Below, one piece after another: positions 1 through 10,880 of a DNA stretch of 32,000 bases; the stretch's first letter is position 1; every line of letters starts with the position of its first letter. The translations under genes and the position numbers were made by a program. The stretch is from positions 3,090,001-3,122,000 of the forward strand of contig NC_000964.3 in the NCBI RefSeq assembly GCF_000009045.1, given 5' to 3'. The notes under the pieces are model-generated. The model was not told the origin of the DNA. It made no database searches and saw nothing but the letters and a program-made list of their open reading frames with translations. Source of the stretch: Bacillus subtilis subsp. subtilis str. 168. Lineage in GTDB: Bacteria; Bacillota; Bacilli; Bacillales; Bacillaceae.

Positions 1-413
1 GGAAAAGCAAAGTCCGAAATGACCTCCATCTTTTTTTTACCTTGCACTTGATCAAGCAAATGATGGACAGTTTCAATGATATACGGCTGATAACTCTCTG
101 TCGTTCTCGGCGTAAACGCTCCGCTGGCAAGCGTCCGCAATCGTCTATGATCAGGCTGGTTCTGAAACAGCATCATTTGATTTTGCACATGTGAAAGGTC
201 CTGATATTTGGTTGAGCTCTCAGGCAGCGGGGTGCGGACTTTGAATCTCGCATCTTTCAAAATAGCAGCCGTTTCTTCATATCCTGTGACATACCAGCCC
301 GGGTATTTTAAGAAACTCCCTTTATAGATAGGATGAACAGCTCGCAATGTGTCGTAAAAAGAATATGGGTTTTTCAAAAACTCAGAAGATGCAGTTGACG
401 ATGCAATTGTCAC
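1..413 (-). CDS. bioI: BioI, cytochrome P450 that makes pimeloyl precursors (partial, C-terminus beyond the left edge)
   Basis: Minus-strand reading from a GTG at 413 gives VTIASSTASSEFLKNPYSF...; the window edge reads ...MEVISDFAF. This matches recalled B. subtilis BioI. RBS AGAAAGGAGA lies at 421-430. Not in the ORF track because it is truncated and starts with GTG. Confidence 0.93.
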   Translation of the reverse strand, partial: MTIASSTASSEFLKNPYSFYDTLRAVHPIYKGSFLKYPGWYVTGYEETAAILKDARFKVRTPLPESSTKYQDLSHVQNQMMLFQNQPDHRRLRTLASGAFTPRTTESYQPYIIETVHHLLDQVQGKKKMEVISDFAF

Positions 414-440
414 GTGATTTTCTCCTTTCTGTTCAAAAAT

Positions 441-471
441 AAAAACAATCGACATCATACCGATTGCTTTT
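441..471 (-). terminator. Terminator-like hairpin between bioB and bioI
   Basis: Minus strand reads AAAGCAATCG-GTATGATGT-CGATTGTTTTTATTTTT, a stem with one G.U pair followed by a T-rich tract. Confidence 0.6.
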
Positions 472-481
472 ATTGATTCTT

Positions 482-1489
482 TCAGCTTTTCGCACTTAAA
501 CTAGCCTTCATTTCTTCGACTGATTCAACTTCAAAGCCTAAATCACTCAGCATTTTATGATCCTCCGTCTCCTCTTGCCCGGCAGTTGTTAAGTAGTCTC
601 CGACAAAAATGGAGTTTGCGGCGTAAAGCCCTAATGGCTGCAATGTGCGGAGATTGACCTCTCTTCCTCCGGAAATGCGAATTTCTTTTGATGGATTGAT
701 AAAACGGAACAGCGCCAGCACTTTTAAACAATACAGCGGGTTTAATTCGTTGACGCCTTCTAACGGCGTGCCATCAATTGCATGCAAAAAATTCACAGGA
801 ATGGAATCCGCGTCAAGAGCCTTCAAGCTTTTGGCGATGTCAATGACATCCTGTTTCGTCTCCTTCATCCCGATAATGGCGCCTGAACACGGAGACAGCC
901 CCGATTCTTTTGCGATTTCAACCGTATTGACTCTGTCATCGTATGTATGTGAGGTTGTGATGTTTGAATGGTTTCTCTGTGACGTATTCAAATTATGATT
1001 ATAGCGGTCTACTCCTGCATCTTTGAGCCGCTTCGCCTGCTCTGGCTTCAACAGTCCAAGACATGCACAAATCTTCAGTCCATACGTCTCTTTAATTTCC
1101 TGAACCGCATCTACGACCTGATCCACTTCTCTGTTAGACGGACCTCTGCCGCTTGCCACGATACAATATGTGCCGATATTCAGATCGTGCGCCCGCTTCG
1201 CGCCTTCAAGCAGCGTTTCCTTATTCACCATCCGGTAAGACTCAATCGGCGCTTTCGAAATCGCAGACTGTGAACAATAGCCGCAGTTTTCCGGGCAGAG
1301 CCCGGATTTCGCATTCATAATCATATTGAGCTTTACTTTTTTTCCGTAAAAGTGTTTTCTGATGTGAAAAGCCCCGTGCATTAATAGCAAAATATCTTCA
1401 TCAGGACAATGTAATATTGAAAGCGCCTCTTCGTCAGTCACTTCTGCTCCAGCCAGCACCCGGTCTGCGAGTTCCATCCATTGATTCAT
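482..1489 (-). CDS. bioB: Biotin synthase (radical SAM)
   Basis: 335 aa starting MNQWMELADRVL (the ORF track extends it upstream to 1612). Contains the CPENCGYCSQS radical-SAM/Fe-S motif. Lies in the bio operon. Confidence 0.97.
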   Translation of the reverse strand: MNQWMELADRVLAGAEVTDEEALSILHCPDEDILLLMHGAFHIRKHFYGKKVKLNMIMNAKSGLCPENCGYCSQSAISKAPIESYRMVNKETLLEGAKRAHDLNIGTYCIVASGRGPSNREVDQVVDAVQEIKETYGLKICACLGLLKPEQAKRLKDAGVDRYNHNLNTSQRNHSNITTSHTYDDRVNTVEIAKESGLSPCSGAIIGMKETKQDVIDIAKSLKALDADSIPVNFLHAIDGTPLEGVNELNPLYCLKVLALFRFINPSKEIRISGGREVNLRTLQPLGLYAANSIFVGDYLTTAGQEETEDHKMLSDLGFEVESVEEMKASLSAKS

Positions 1490-1491
1490 TC

Positions 1492-2187
1492 TCATACCCC
1501 CACTTGATTCATCAGTAATGATAGATTGATATGGTCTTTTACCATATGTAGAACCGTTTCTTTCGTCACGTTGGCAAGCTTTGGCGTAACCCCTAAAATC
1601 GGCACACCGCATAAGCGCTCAATCATCTCAGGATTGGTTTTTTCATCTTCATCAGGAGAGTCACTGATTCCATTGATGATAATTCCGGCGATTGGAAGCC
1701 CCATGCTTTCTGCATATTTGACAGTTAAAAAGGTATGATTAATGGTTCCAAGGCGAGGACGCGCCACAATAATCATGGGAAGCTGCAACGCTTTTATGAC
1801 ATGACTGACCAAATAGTCCTCTCCCAATGGCACAGAAATACCGCCTGCACCTTCTACGATGAAGCATTCATGTTTTTCTCTAATCCGCCCCCAATGGCTT
1901 AAAACCTCTTCCATGGTGACAGTCTTTCCCTCAAGTTTCCCTGCAACGTATGGTGCAAGCGGCGCCTTGAAGGCAAAAGGCGTAATGTCTTCATGAGAAA
2001 GACTGGTCTGCGACATATCTTTCAGCAAACTTGTATCACTATCTGGATGATGGCGCGATATCCCGCTTAAAAATGGTTTATACACCCCGACATGTCTATT
2101 ATTGTCTTTCAATAAGGCAGCAAGACCGCTGGATATAACCGTTTTCCCTACTTCTGTATCAGTTCCCGTCACAAAAAAACCCCTCAA
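1492..2187 (-). CDS. bioD: Dethiobiotin synthetase
   Basis: 231 aa, starts [16 protein letters not shown] (P-loop typical of BioD). Operon context. Confidence 0.97.
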   Translation of the reverse strand: MRGFFVTGTDTEVGKTVISSGLAALLKDNNRHVGVYKPFLSGISRHHPDSDTSLLKDMSQTSLSHEDITPFAFKAPLAPYVAGKLEGKTVTMEEVLSHWGRIREKHECFIVEGAGGISVPLGEDYLVSHVIKALQLPMIIVARPRLGTINHTFLTVKYAESMGLPIAGIIINGISDSPDEDEKTNPEMIERLCGVPILGVTPKLANVTKETVLHMVKDHINLSLLMNQVGV

Positions 2188-3353
2188 ATGATGTGCAGCT
2201 CCTTTCCGATTGAATGAAATGTTTGCAGCAAATGATCAATATCACCCATACTGTGGTCAGACGTGATTGTAATTCGAATCCGGCTTTCACCCGGCGCAAC
2301 GGTTGGCGGCCGAATGGCAGGAGCATAAATTCCCTTGCCCTGCAGTTTTTCAGCAAATAGGACCGTTTTATGGGCATCGCCAATGACTACAGGAATAATC
2401 GGTGTGTGATCTCCTTTCACCACATAACCCATATTCTTCAGACTGGTTCTGATCATGCTGATATAAGAAAATAAAAGCTGTCGTTTTTCCCTGCTGGCTT
2501 CAATGATGTTGAAAGCCTCGTGAGCAGCCGCACAGCTGGCTGGCGGAATAGCGGTTTGAAAGATAAATGTTCTGGCATGGTTCAGCAAAAAGTCGATGAA
2601 GACCGCTGATCCTGCCGCAAAACCTCCTTCCGCGCCAACAGCTTTGCTTAAGGTGCCGATAACAATGTCGGGACAAACACCAAAGTATTCACTCGTTCCT
2701 TGTCCCGAATCGCCCAAAACTCCTGTTGCGTGGGCATCATCAACGACCACGAAGGCATGATAGCGTTTCGCAAGTGAGATGATCTGATCAAGAGGGGCGA
2801 TTGTGCCATCCATGCTGAATACTCCGTCTGTTACGATAAAACGGCGCTGATAACGCTGTGTTTCATTCAGCTTGTTTTCAAGATCATTCATATCAATATG
2901 CCGATAAACAACTGTATCAGCCTTAGAAAGTCGGCAGCCGTCGATCATACTTGCATGATTGAGCTGGTCACTTAAAATGACATCTTCCTTTTCTGGCAAG
3001 GATGAAAGGACACCGACATTGGCCAAGTAACCGCTCGAAAACAGCAGGGCCGCTTCTGTCAGTTTAAAGCTGGCAATCTTCTTTTCTAGCTTTTCATGCC
3101 AGACCGAATTGCCTGTCGTTAAACGTGAACCGCTGCTTCCTGTCCCAAATTGCTGCAATGCTGTTTGGGCTGCATCGATCAAACGTCTATCGCTTGCGAG
3201 CCCTAAATAATTGTTTGAGGACCAGACCGTTTGATTTTCGCCATCAATATTCCTCTCTGGAACCGGCGCTCCATCCATTGACCGCAGGTTACGATGTACG
3301 CCGGCTTCTTTCATTCTGTCTAACCGCTCGTTTAACCAGGAATCAATCTTCAA
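2184..3353 (-). CDS. bioF: 8-amino-7-oxononanoate synthase (PLP-dependent)
   Basis: 389 aa; contains [17 protein letters not shown] and [13 protein letters not shown]. Overlaps bioD by 4 bp. Confidence 0.96.
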
Positions 3354-4689
3354 GGCTCGTAACCTCGTGGATCGCTTGTTTCATAATGGCAACCATTTCC
3401 GAGAGCTCTTCAGCTGTGCTGGCAAGAGGAGGAAGAAATGCAATCACGTCCCCAAGCGGTCTTGTCAGCATTCCTAACTCTCTCATTTTTAAGGAAACTT
3501 TGTATCCAATCCGCCGATCAGCCGGGTAAGGTTCTTTAGTTTCCTTTGATCGTACAAGCTCTGCACCGCACATAAAGCCAAGCTGCCGAATATCCCCAAC
3601 ATGAGGAAGAGCGTGCAGATCTTGAAGAAGAAAATGGAGCTTTTTACTTTTTTCCGCTACTTGTTCCACAATGTTTTCAGATTCAAATAATGCCAGATTT
3701 TCAAGCGCAACCGCACAGCCAAGCTGATTGCCTGTATAGGAATGGCCATGGAAAAAGGTTTTTAGGTTTTCATAATCATCATAGAATGCCTTATAGATGT
3801 CTTCAGTGGCAAACGTAACGGCAATTGGCAAATAGCCTCCTGTAATGCCTTTACCGGCAGCCATCAGATCAGGCTGGACATTCTCGTGCTCGCACGCAAA
3901 CATTTTTCCTGTACGGCCAAAGCCTGTAGCGACTTCATCAACGATCATTAAGACATCGTATGTTGTACATAGCTCGCGCACGCCTGCCAAATATCCTTCC
4001 GGCATCACGATCATACCGGACGCGCCTTGTACCATTGATTCAATGGAAAGCGCGGCAATTTCCTCATGATGTTCCTCAAGCAGCTGTGCAAGCTCTCGGA
4101 GGCACTGATCACGGCACTCATCAGGATCACCGCTTTCAGAACGATACACATAAGGAATCGGGGCCTTGTAACTCTCGAACATCAACGGGCCGTATACGTG
4201 GTGAAAAAGCTCAATTGAACCGACACTGACGGCGCCAATCGTATCACCGTGATACCCGTTTTTCATTGCGATGAATTTTTGTTTCTCGGGCTTCCCGATG
4301 TTCTTCCAATACTGAAACGCCATTTTTAGGGCTATTTCCATCGCCTCTGCGCCGCTGTCTGAATAAAAGACCCGCGTGAGCTTTTTTGGGCTGATGTCGA
4401 TTAATGTTTCGGCAAGCTGGGTTGCTGGAACATTGGTCATGCCCAATAACGTGGAGTGCGCAATTTTTCCGAGCTGTTTTTTTATGGCGTCATCTAGTTC
4501 TTTTTTGCGGTGTCCGTGGACATTAAGCCAAACCGATGAAAAACCGTCATAGTATTCCTTGCCGTTTATGTCTTTGACTTTGATTCCAGTCCCGCTTTCG
4601 ATGATTAAGGGGTTTTCATCATAATCTTTCATTTGGGTAAATGGCAGCCAGAGGTGCTTTTTACTTTTTTCTATCAAATCATGAGTCAT
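3343..4689 (-). CDS. bioA: Adenosylmethionine (or lysine)-8-amino-7-oxononanoate aminotransferase
   Basis: 448 aa class III aminotransferase with [10 protein letters not shown] and [17 protein letters not shown]. Overlaps bioF and bioW. Confidence 0.96.
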
Positions 4690-5458
4690 GATCTTCCTCC
4701 CACTCTATTAAAATAGGCTGCTTCTCCAGGTCATGTATGTACGTGTTTACATCATTGGATCCATCAATAAAAAAGACTCGGCAGCCCTCTTCAGTCCCGT
4801 ATTCTTTCATTGCTGTAATACGCTGATAGCCCATTTTCTTACCCGCAACATAGCCTGTTATGTAATCCGGATCGTCCGACCAGCATAATTCTGCAACGAC
4901 TGCCGGGTGCCGGCTTACCTTTGAAGCGAGCGCAAGGGCCTCTTTTATTCTTGAATGAGCTGGCACGTGACTGTGAAGCGCCCATTTTTCAAAATTAGCG
5001 TCCGGCCAATCCATTCTGGAGACCCGCACCCCTTTTTCTTTTGTTTGATCCATTCGCTTGCCTGTATGAATATCAAACAACACCGCACCCCTGACATCTG
5101 ACCATTCAGGGATTTGTTCATATGCTTTTTCAATCACGTCTCGTGAAACGCCTTCTTTTTCCAATAACAATCGGGCAAGCTTTTGTCCTTCTTCCGGGCA
5201 GCTCACTTCATTCGTATGCACAGGCAATGGCTGAATGGTTTTTATCGATTCATGTACCTCTTCAAATTGAATTTGCATAAAATCAGGTTTTCCTCTTGAA
5301 TGGGATAACCCTTTTTCTAATAAAGCATTGACTGTATGCTTCATCTCATGGAAAGGAATAAGCCGTTCTCCGCCGGATATATGCTTTCCGCCGTCTTCAT
5401 GAGATCCATTCATTGAAGCCCTCATTCTGACACTATAAAAAGTTTCTTCTTGCATCAT
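4679..5458 (-). CDS. bioW: Pimeloyl-CoA synthetase (6-carboxyhexanoate-CoA ligase)
   Basis: Starts [15 protein letters not shown] (259 aa). The ORF track extends upstream to 5473. First gene of the bio operon. Confidence 0.94.
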
Positions 5459-5507
5459 TTCTCGCCCTTTCACTGATAACTGAAGAACGTGTAGCGCTTC
5501 TCACCTA

Positions 5508-5542
5508 AATTGTTAACCAATTATATTCAAAGGTTAACAATT
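5508..5542 (-). promoter_or_regulatory. BirA operator over the bioW promoter region
   Basis: Inverted repeat ATTGTTAACC-N13-GGTTAACAAT (extends by one base pair on each side), with TATAAT on the minus strand inside the spacer (5520-5525). It sits about 50 bp upstream of the bioW start. Confidence 0.9.
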
Positions 5543-5615
5543 AGAATATATTATTCTCTCCTGTTTCTGTCAATAGAAGAAAGGATCGATTTATGGCAGT
5601 TGGTTAAAAGGAAAC

Positions 5616-5649
5616 AAAAAGACCGTTTTCACACAAAACGGTCTTTTTC
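5616..5649. terminator. Rho-independent terminator downstream of ytaP
   Basis: AAAAAGACCGTTTT-cacac-AAAACGGTCTTTTT hairpin just past the ytaP stop codon. Confidence 0.85.
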
Positions 5650-5664
5650 GATTTCTTTTTACAG

Positions 5665-6564
5665 TCACAGCCACTTTTGCAAAAACCGGACAGCTTCATG
5701 CCTTATAACTGCTGTTTCGAAATGTCCCGAAGCAGAACGGACCACTCGGTAGCAATCAGCAGCTCCCTGTCCAGCATAGACAGCTGTCAATTCTTTTTCG
5801 ATTTTGTCCACGCCCTCAGCCGGCGTTAACCGATCGTGTACACCAACAAGACTAAGGTGCGGGCGCGGCGCGATCAGGCTTTGGATCTCCGATGCGGAAA
5901 AATGCTTTGCAAGCGATGGGACGTAATAATAAAAGCCGTGCCTGTCAAGATTCTGTGTTTTGATCAGCACGTGATGATCCACCTGGCTGCACAAATCCAC
6001 ACACACCTTAATCCGGTCATCGAGCGCCGCTGTCCACCACGCCATCAAACCTCCCATAGACATGCCGATGGTTCCGATCCTGTCAGGCTGAACATCAGAG
6101 CGTGACTGCATATAGTCTAACGCACTTAAACTGTCATAAATCATCATCCCCCACATCACTTTTCCGGTGAGAAGCATTTCTTTAAATATCTCGCTTTCCG
6201 CTTTTCCCCGCCGATCTCCAAACCCCCAATGATCAATCGCAAGAACGCCGTATCCGAGTGAAGTAAGCTCATCAGAAAAAGAAGGCGTTTTCAAATAATC
6301 CGCTCCCTCAATCAGCTCACTTTTTCCCCTATCATACTGGCCTCCATGCGAATGCTGAAACAATACGGCTGGGCACGGTCCTTCTGTTTTCTTCGGCTTC
6401 ACAAAATAAGCGGGCGCCTTTTCATGTCCATTTAAATCGAGCAGGAGCGTTTCAACGATATTTTCTTCTCTTTCTTCAATACGTAATGTCTCAACACTGA
6501 TTGGCCTCCGATCAGGCAAATCACCAAGCAATCGAAACAGTTGCTTTCTTCTTTCGGCTCTCAT
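5665..6564 (-). CDS. ytaP: Alpha/beta hydrolase, dienelactone-hydrolase-like
   Basis: 299 aa; contains GTIGMSMGGLMAWW (nucleophile elbow) and SGHFET near the C-terminus. Confidence 0.85.
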   Translation of the reverse strand: MRAERRKQLFRLLGDLPDRRPISVETLRIEEREENIVETLLLDLNGHEKAPAYFVKPKKTEGPCPAVLFQHSHGGQYDRGKSELIEGADYLKTPSFSDELTSLGYGVLAIDHWGFGDRRGKAESEIFKEMLLTGKVMWGMMIYDSLSALDYMQSRSDVQPDRIGTIGMSMGGLMAWWTAALDDRIKVCVDLCSQVDHHVLIKTQNLDRHGFYYYVPSLAKHFSASEIQSLIAPRPHLSLVGVHDRLTPAEGVDKIEKELTAVYAGQGAADCYRVVRSASGHFETAVIRHEAVRFLQKWL

Positions 6565-6647
6565 CCCATCACCCTTCCTTATTCGCTTACTTCACATTTA
6601 CGAGACAGATCTGGGTTCCCCTTTATTTTTCCAACATAAATCACATC

Positions 6648-6669
6648 ATTTACTAAATATTTAGTAAAT
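6648..6669. promoter_or_regulatory. Perfect 22-bp palindrome, candidate MsmR/LacI-family operator
   Basis: ATTTACTAAATATTTAGTAAAT. A half-site copy (TTTTACTAAAT) recurs at 6754-6764, just before the msmR start. Confidence 0.5.
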
Positions 6670-6696
6670 ATTATGGAATATTTCGAAAACAATTAT

Positions 6697-6710
6697 TGTA
6701 ACCGCTTACT
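6697..6710. promoter_or_regulatory. cre-like catabolite-repression site
   Basis: TGTAACCGCTTACT is close to the CcpA consensus TGTAANCGNTNNCA. It overlaps a candidate -35 box, TTGTAA (6696-6701), spaced 16 bp from GATAAT (6718-6723). Confidence 0.65.
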
Positions 6711-6781
6711 TTTATATGATAATATCAATTTATCAAAAACAGATGAGTTAATATTTTACTAAATAGATGAGAGGGATACCC

Positions 6782-7816
6782 ATGGTTCGTATTAAAGATA
6801 TCGCCTTGAAAGCTAAAGTTTCCAGCGCAACTGTGTCCAGAATTTTAAATGAAGATGAGTCGCTTTCTGTTGCGGGCGAAACGAGACAAAGAGTCATCAA
6901 CATCGCTGAAGAGCTTGGTTATCAAACCGTTGCCAAACGCCGAAAATCCCGCGGGCAAAAACAGCGGGCTCAGCCGCTGATCGGTGTGCTGAGCTGTCTG
7001 TCCCCTGATCAGGAAAGGCAGGACCCTTATTTTTCTTCCATTCGGAAAGGGATTGAAAAGGAATGCTTTGAACAGGAAATTTTCATTACAAATTCGATTC
7101 ATCTCGGCTCCTTTCAGGAACATATCTTTCGGGAATTGGATGGTGTCATTGTCATCGGCCGTGTTCATGATGAAGCGGTTAAGCATATCAGCGGGAGGCT
7201 GGAGCATGCCGTATTTATCAATCATTCACCAGATCCGCAAGCATACGATTCGATTGGCATCGATTTTGAATCGGCTTCACGCCAGGCGATTGATCACCTT
7301 TTCGACTTAGGCTACAAACGGTTAGGCTACATTGGCGGACAAGAAAAAGAGCATACGCTGAAGGACGGCCAAAGCATTCGCAGAACGATTGAAGATAAAC
7401 GCCTGACCGCTTTTTTGGAGTCAGCCGCCCCCCAGCCTGAGCATGTGCTGATCGGAGAATACAGCATGCGTGAGGGCTATCGCCTGATGAAGAAAGCAAT
7501 CGATCAAGGCCATCTGCCGGAAGCATTCTTTATTGCCAGCGATTCTATGGCGATCGGCGCATTAAAAGCGCTGCAGGAAGCCGGACTGCAAGTGCCGCGG
7601 GATACCGCAATCGTCAGCTTTAACGGCATTGAGGAAGCTGAATTTGCCAGCACGCCTTTAACGACGGTGAAGGTATACACAGAGGAAATGGGCCGGACAG
7701 GCGTAAAACTGCTGCTTGACCGTCTCAATGGCCGAACGCTTCCTCAACATGTCACCCTGCCTACAACATTAATCGTAAGACAAAGCTGCGGATGTACAGC
7801 AAAGGAGGTGACATAA
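6782..7816 (+). CDS. msmR: LacI/GalR-family transcriptional regulator
   Basis: Starts MVRIKDIALKAKVSSATVSRILN (LacI helix-turn-helix). 344 aa when started at 6782; the ORF track starts at 6767. Confidence 0.92.
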   Translation: MVRIKDIALKAKVSSATVSRILNEDESLSVAGETRQRVINIAEELGYQTVAKRRKSRGQKQRAQPLIGVLSCLSPDQERQDPYFSSIRKGIEKECFEQEIFITNSIHLGSFQEHIFRELDGVIVIGRVHDEAVKHISGRLEHAVFINHSPDPQAYDSIGIDFESASRQAIDHLFDLGYKRLGYIGGQEKEHTLKDGQSIRRTIEDKRLTAFLESAAPQPEHVLIGEYSMREGYRLMKKAIDQGHLPEAFFIASDSMAIGALKALQEAGLQVPRDTAIVSFNGIEEAEFASTPLTTVKVYTEEMGRTGVKLLLDRLNGRTLPQHVTLPTTLIVRQSCGCTAKEVT

Positions 7817-7849
7817 GCAAAGATTCATCACGATGATAAGGAGGAAAAG

Positions 7850-9130
7850 ATGAAACACACTTTTGTTTTATTTCTCTCTCTTATTCTGCTTGTTCTGCCC
7901 GGGTGTTCAGCAGAGAAAAGCTCAGCAGATACCGCAAAAAAGACGTTAACCATTTATTCTACAATGTCAACCGACAGTGAAAGAGATACGTTCAGAAAAC
8001 TAGCGGCAGCATTCGAAAAGGAACACAGTGACATTCATGTCAGCCTTCATTTCCCAGGCAATGACTATGAAAATATGATGCGTGTCAGAATGGCGGCCAA
8101 TGATTTGCCAGATCTATTCGATACACATGGCTGGGGGAAAATCAGGTACGGAGAATATACAGCGGATCTCCGGGATATGAAATGGACTCAAGATCTTGAT
8201 CCCAATTTAAACAGCATCCTCAAAAATAAAAGCGGAAAGGTGTATGCCTATCCAATCAATCAGGCAAAAGACGGTCTGGCGTATAATCGCAATATTTTAG
8301 ACCGTTACGGCATTGCTCCGCCGGAAACCATGGATGACTTTATCAAAGCACTGAGAACGATTAAAGAAAAGAGCAAGGGAAGCATTGTTCCCTTCTGGTT
8401 TGCCGGATATGACAAAAGCTCATTCGCCCAATATTACGACCAATTCGCTACACCTCTTCTCATCACAGACCCTGCCCATAATGAAAAAAAACAGCTCATC
8501 AACGGCACTTTTCAATGGAGTAAATTCACTTATTTATCAGAAATCCTCAAACAAATGCAGAAAGAAAAATTGATCAATATCGACGCCGTCACGGCAAAAA
8601 AATCACAGCTCATTGAATTAATGGCCCAAAACAAAATCGCCTTTACAATGCAAGGCGGCACACTCGGCCAAGACGTTGCCCAGATCAACCCGAACGTCAA
8701 GGTCGGCATTATCCCGACACCTGCCATCCATCCCGGTGATGACCCGATATGGATCGGCGGTGAACGCTACACCCTTGCAGCATGGAAAGATTCGCCTCAA
8801 TTAAAAGAGGCAAAAGATTTTATCGCATTTATGGCCCGCCCGGCCAATGCCAAACAAATGGCTGAAGCCACATCGCTTCCTTCAGGGCTGACCAATGTGA
8901 AAGCTGATATTTTCTACGCAAACGATTATGAGTATTATCAAGATGTCAAAGTCGAGCCTTACTTCGACCGGTTATACTTGCCAAACGGAATGTGGGATGT
9001 CCTGGGCACGGTTGGGCAGGAGCTCGCGGCTGACATTTTGGCGCCTCAAGACATTTCGCAGAAGCTGGGAAGAGAATATAAACGACTCCGGGAGCAATCC
9101 GAAACACAGGGAGCTGAAAACAATGAGTGA
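7850..9130 (+). CDS. msmE: Sugar ABC transporter solute-binding lipoprotein
   Basis: 426 aa; lipobox LVLPGC, extracellular solute-binding family 1 pattern. RBS AAGGAGG. Confidence 0.92.
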
Positions 9131-10034
9131 GATCGCAAGGGACGTTCATGTGAAACAGGTTAAGCCAAAAAAGCAGTCCTCACTTTGGTGGATGTACATT
9201 CCTGCTTTGCTCTCCGTTCTGGTCTTTATGATTTACCCGTTTGTGAAAGGCACATTGATTACCTTTACAAACTGGAACGGATTTTCACAAGTCTACCAAT
9301 GGGTTGGATTCGCGCAATATGAAAGGCTGTTTTCTGATCCTGATACTTGGCATATCTTAAAAAACACGCTGCATTACGGGCTTGGCAGCACCTTTTTTCA
9401 AAATGTGGTCGGGCTTCTGTACGCTCTCCTCTTAAATCAAAGCATTAAAACGAAAGCGGTAACAAGAACAATTGTGTATTTGCCGGTGATGATCAGCCCG
9501 CTCATTATGGGCTACATTTGGTACTTTTTCTTCTCCTATGACGGAGGCGCGCTCAACGATTTGCTCGGGGTCTTCGGCATCAGCCCTATTAATGCGCTCG
9601 CCAGTCCCTCGCTCAATCCATGGATCATTGTCATGATTAACACCTATCAATATGTCGGGATCGCTATGGTTGTCTACTTAGCCGGTCTGCAAAGCATTCC
9701 GAAAGACTACTATGAAGCGGCGCAAATGGATGGCGCGAAACAAGGCCAGCAGTTTTTTACCATCACGCTGCCGCTGTTAATGCCCTCCATTACCATTAAT
9801 ATAGTCATCAACATTATCGGAGGCTTAAAGCTGTTTGACGTCATCATTGCACTCACCGCAGGCGGCCCCGGAAATGCGTCACAATCCATGTCCACGTTTA
9901 TGTATGATTTGTATTTCAAACGGCAGGATGCCGGCTATGCCGCAACGCAAGGCATATTTATGGCATTTGTCATTTTGATCATCAGCTTTTGCGCGCTTGC
10001 GTACTTTAAAAGAAAGGAGACGGAAATGTCATGA
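9123..10034 (+). CDS. amyD: Carbohydrate ABC transporter permease
   Basis: Starts [12 protein letters not shown] (303 aa). Multiple transmembrane segments and [24 protein letters not shown] (permease EAA loop). Confidence 0.92.
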
Positions 10035-10861
10035 GAGCCGCCCGTACAAAAAGCATGCGGATCATTACGCTTCTTGCAGCCATTGTGGCCTGTGCGCATT
10101 TTATTCCTTTTTATATCCTGCTGACCACTTCATTGAAAGCAAAAGGAGACTACAGTTCGAAATGGATATTTCCAGCCGACATCTCCTTTCATAATTTTTC
10201 AGAGGCGTGGGAGCGCGCTTCGCTAGGAAACTCTTTTATAAACACCATGATCATCACAGGTTTTTCTGCCTTGTTATTAATTATATTCGGCTCACTTGCC
10301 GCCTACCCGCTTGCCCGGCGGGAAACGAAACTGAATAAAGCCGTTTTTGCCTTGCTGATTTCCATTATGATCATCCCTCCGTTAACGTCCATGGTTCCTT
10401 TGTACCGAATGGTCGTGGACGCCGGAATGGTCAATACACACGCAATCGCCATTTTCATCAATACAGCGGCTTACATGCCGTTAACCGTATTCTTATATTC
10501 AGGCTTTATCCGATCGACCATTCCAAAAGAGCTTGTAGAAGCCGCAAGAATTGACGGTGCAGGCATGCTGAAAATCTTTTTTACGATTGTGTTTCCTCTG
10601 CTGAAGCCGATCACTGCGACCATCTGTATCATTTCTTGTGTCTTTATTTGGAACGACTATCAATTTGCCATTTTCTTTTTACAAGATCAAAAGGTTCAGA
10701 CATTAACAGTAGCCATGGCAGGTTTTTTCGGAGAAAACGCAAACAACCTTCATTTAGTTGCCGCAGCGGCACTTATGGCAATGCTGCCGATGGTTGTTCT
10801 GTTTTTGGCGCTGCAAAAATACTTTATTGCCGGCCTGTCTTCCGGAGCGGTAAAGGGTTAA
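10031..10861 (+). CDS. amyC: Carbohydrate ABC transporter permease
   Basis: 276 aa; [24 protein letters not shown] (EAA loop). Overlaps amyD by 4 bp. Confidence 0.92.
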
Positions 10862-10880
10862 CATTAAAGGGGGAAGCAAT

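Noticed and set aside
645-4229. Many ORFs antisense to the bio operon (e.g. 645-998, 3125-3529, 3960-4229)
   Set aside because: They fully overlap strongly supported bio genes, have low-complexity or unnatural composition, and lack RBS or operon context.
5510-5752. 80-aa minus-strand ORF upstream of bioW
   Set aside because: It runs through the BirA operator, a terminator hairpin and the 3' end of ytaP, with no coherent domain.
8928-9122. Upstream extension of the amyD ORF
   Set aside because: It overlaps msmE out of frame. The real start at 9123 has a transporter-like N-terminus and RBS (GGGAGC).
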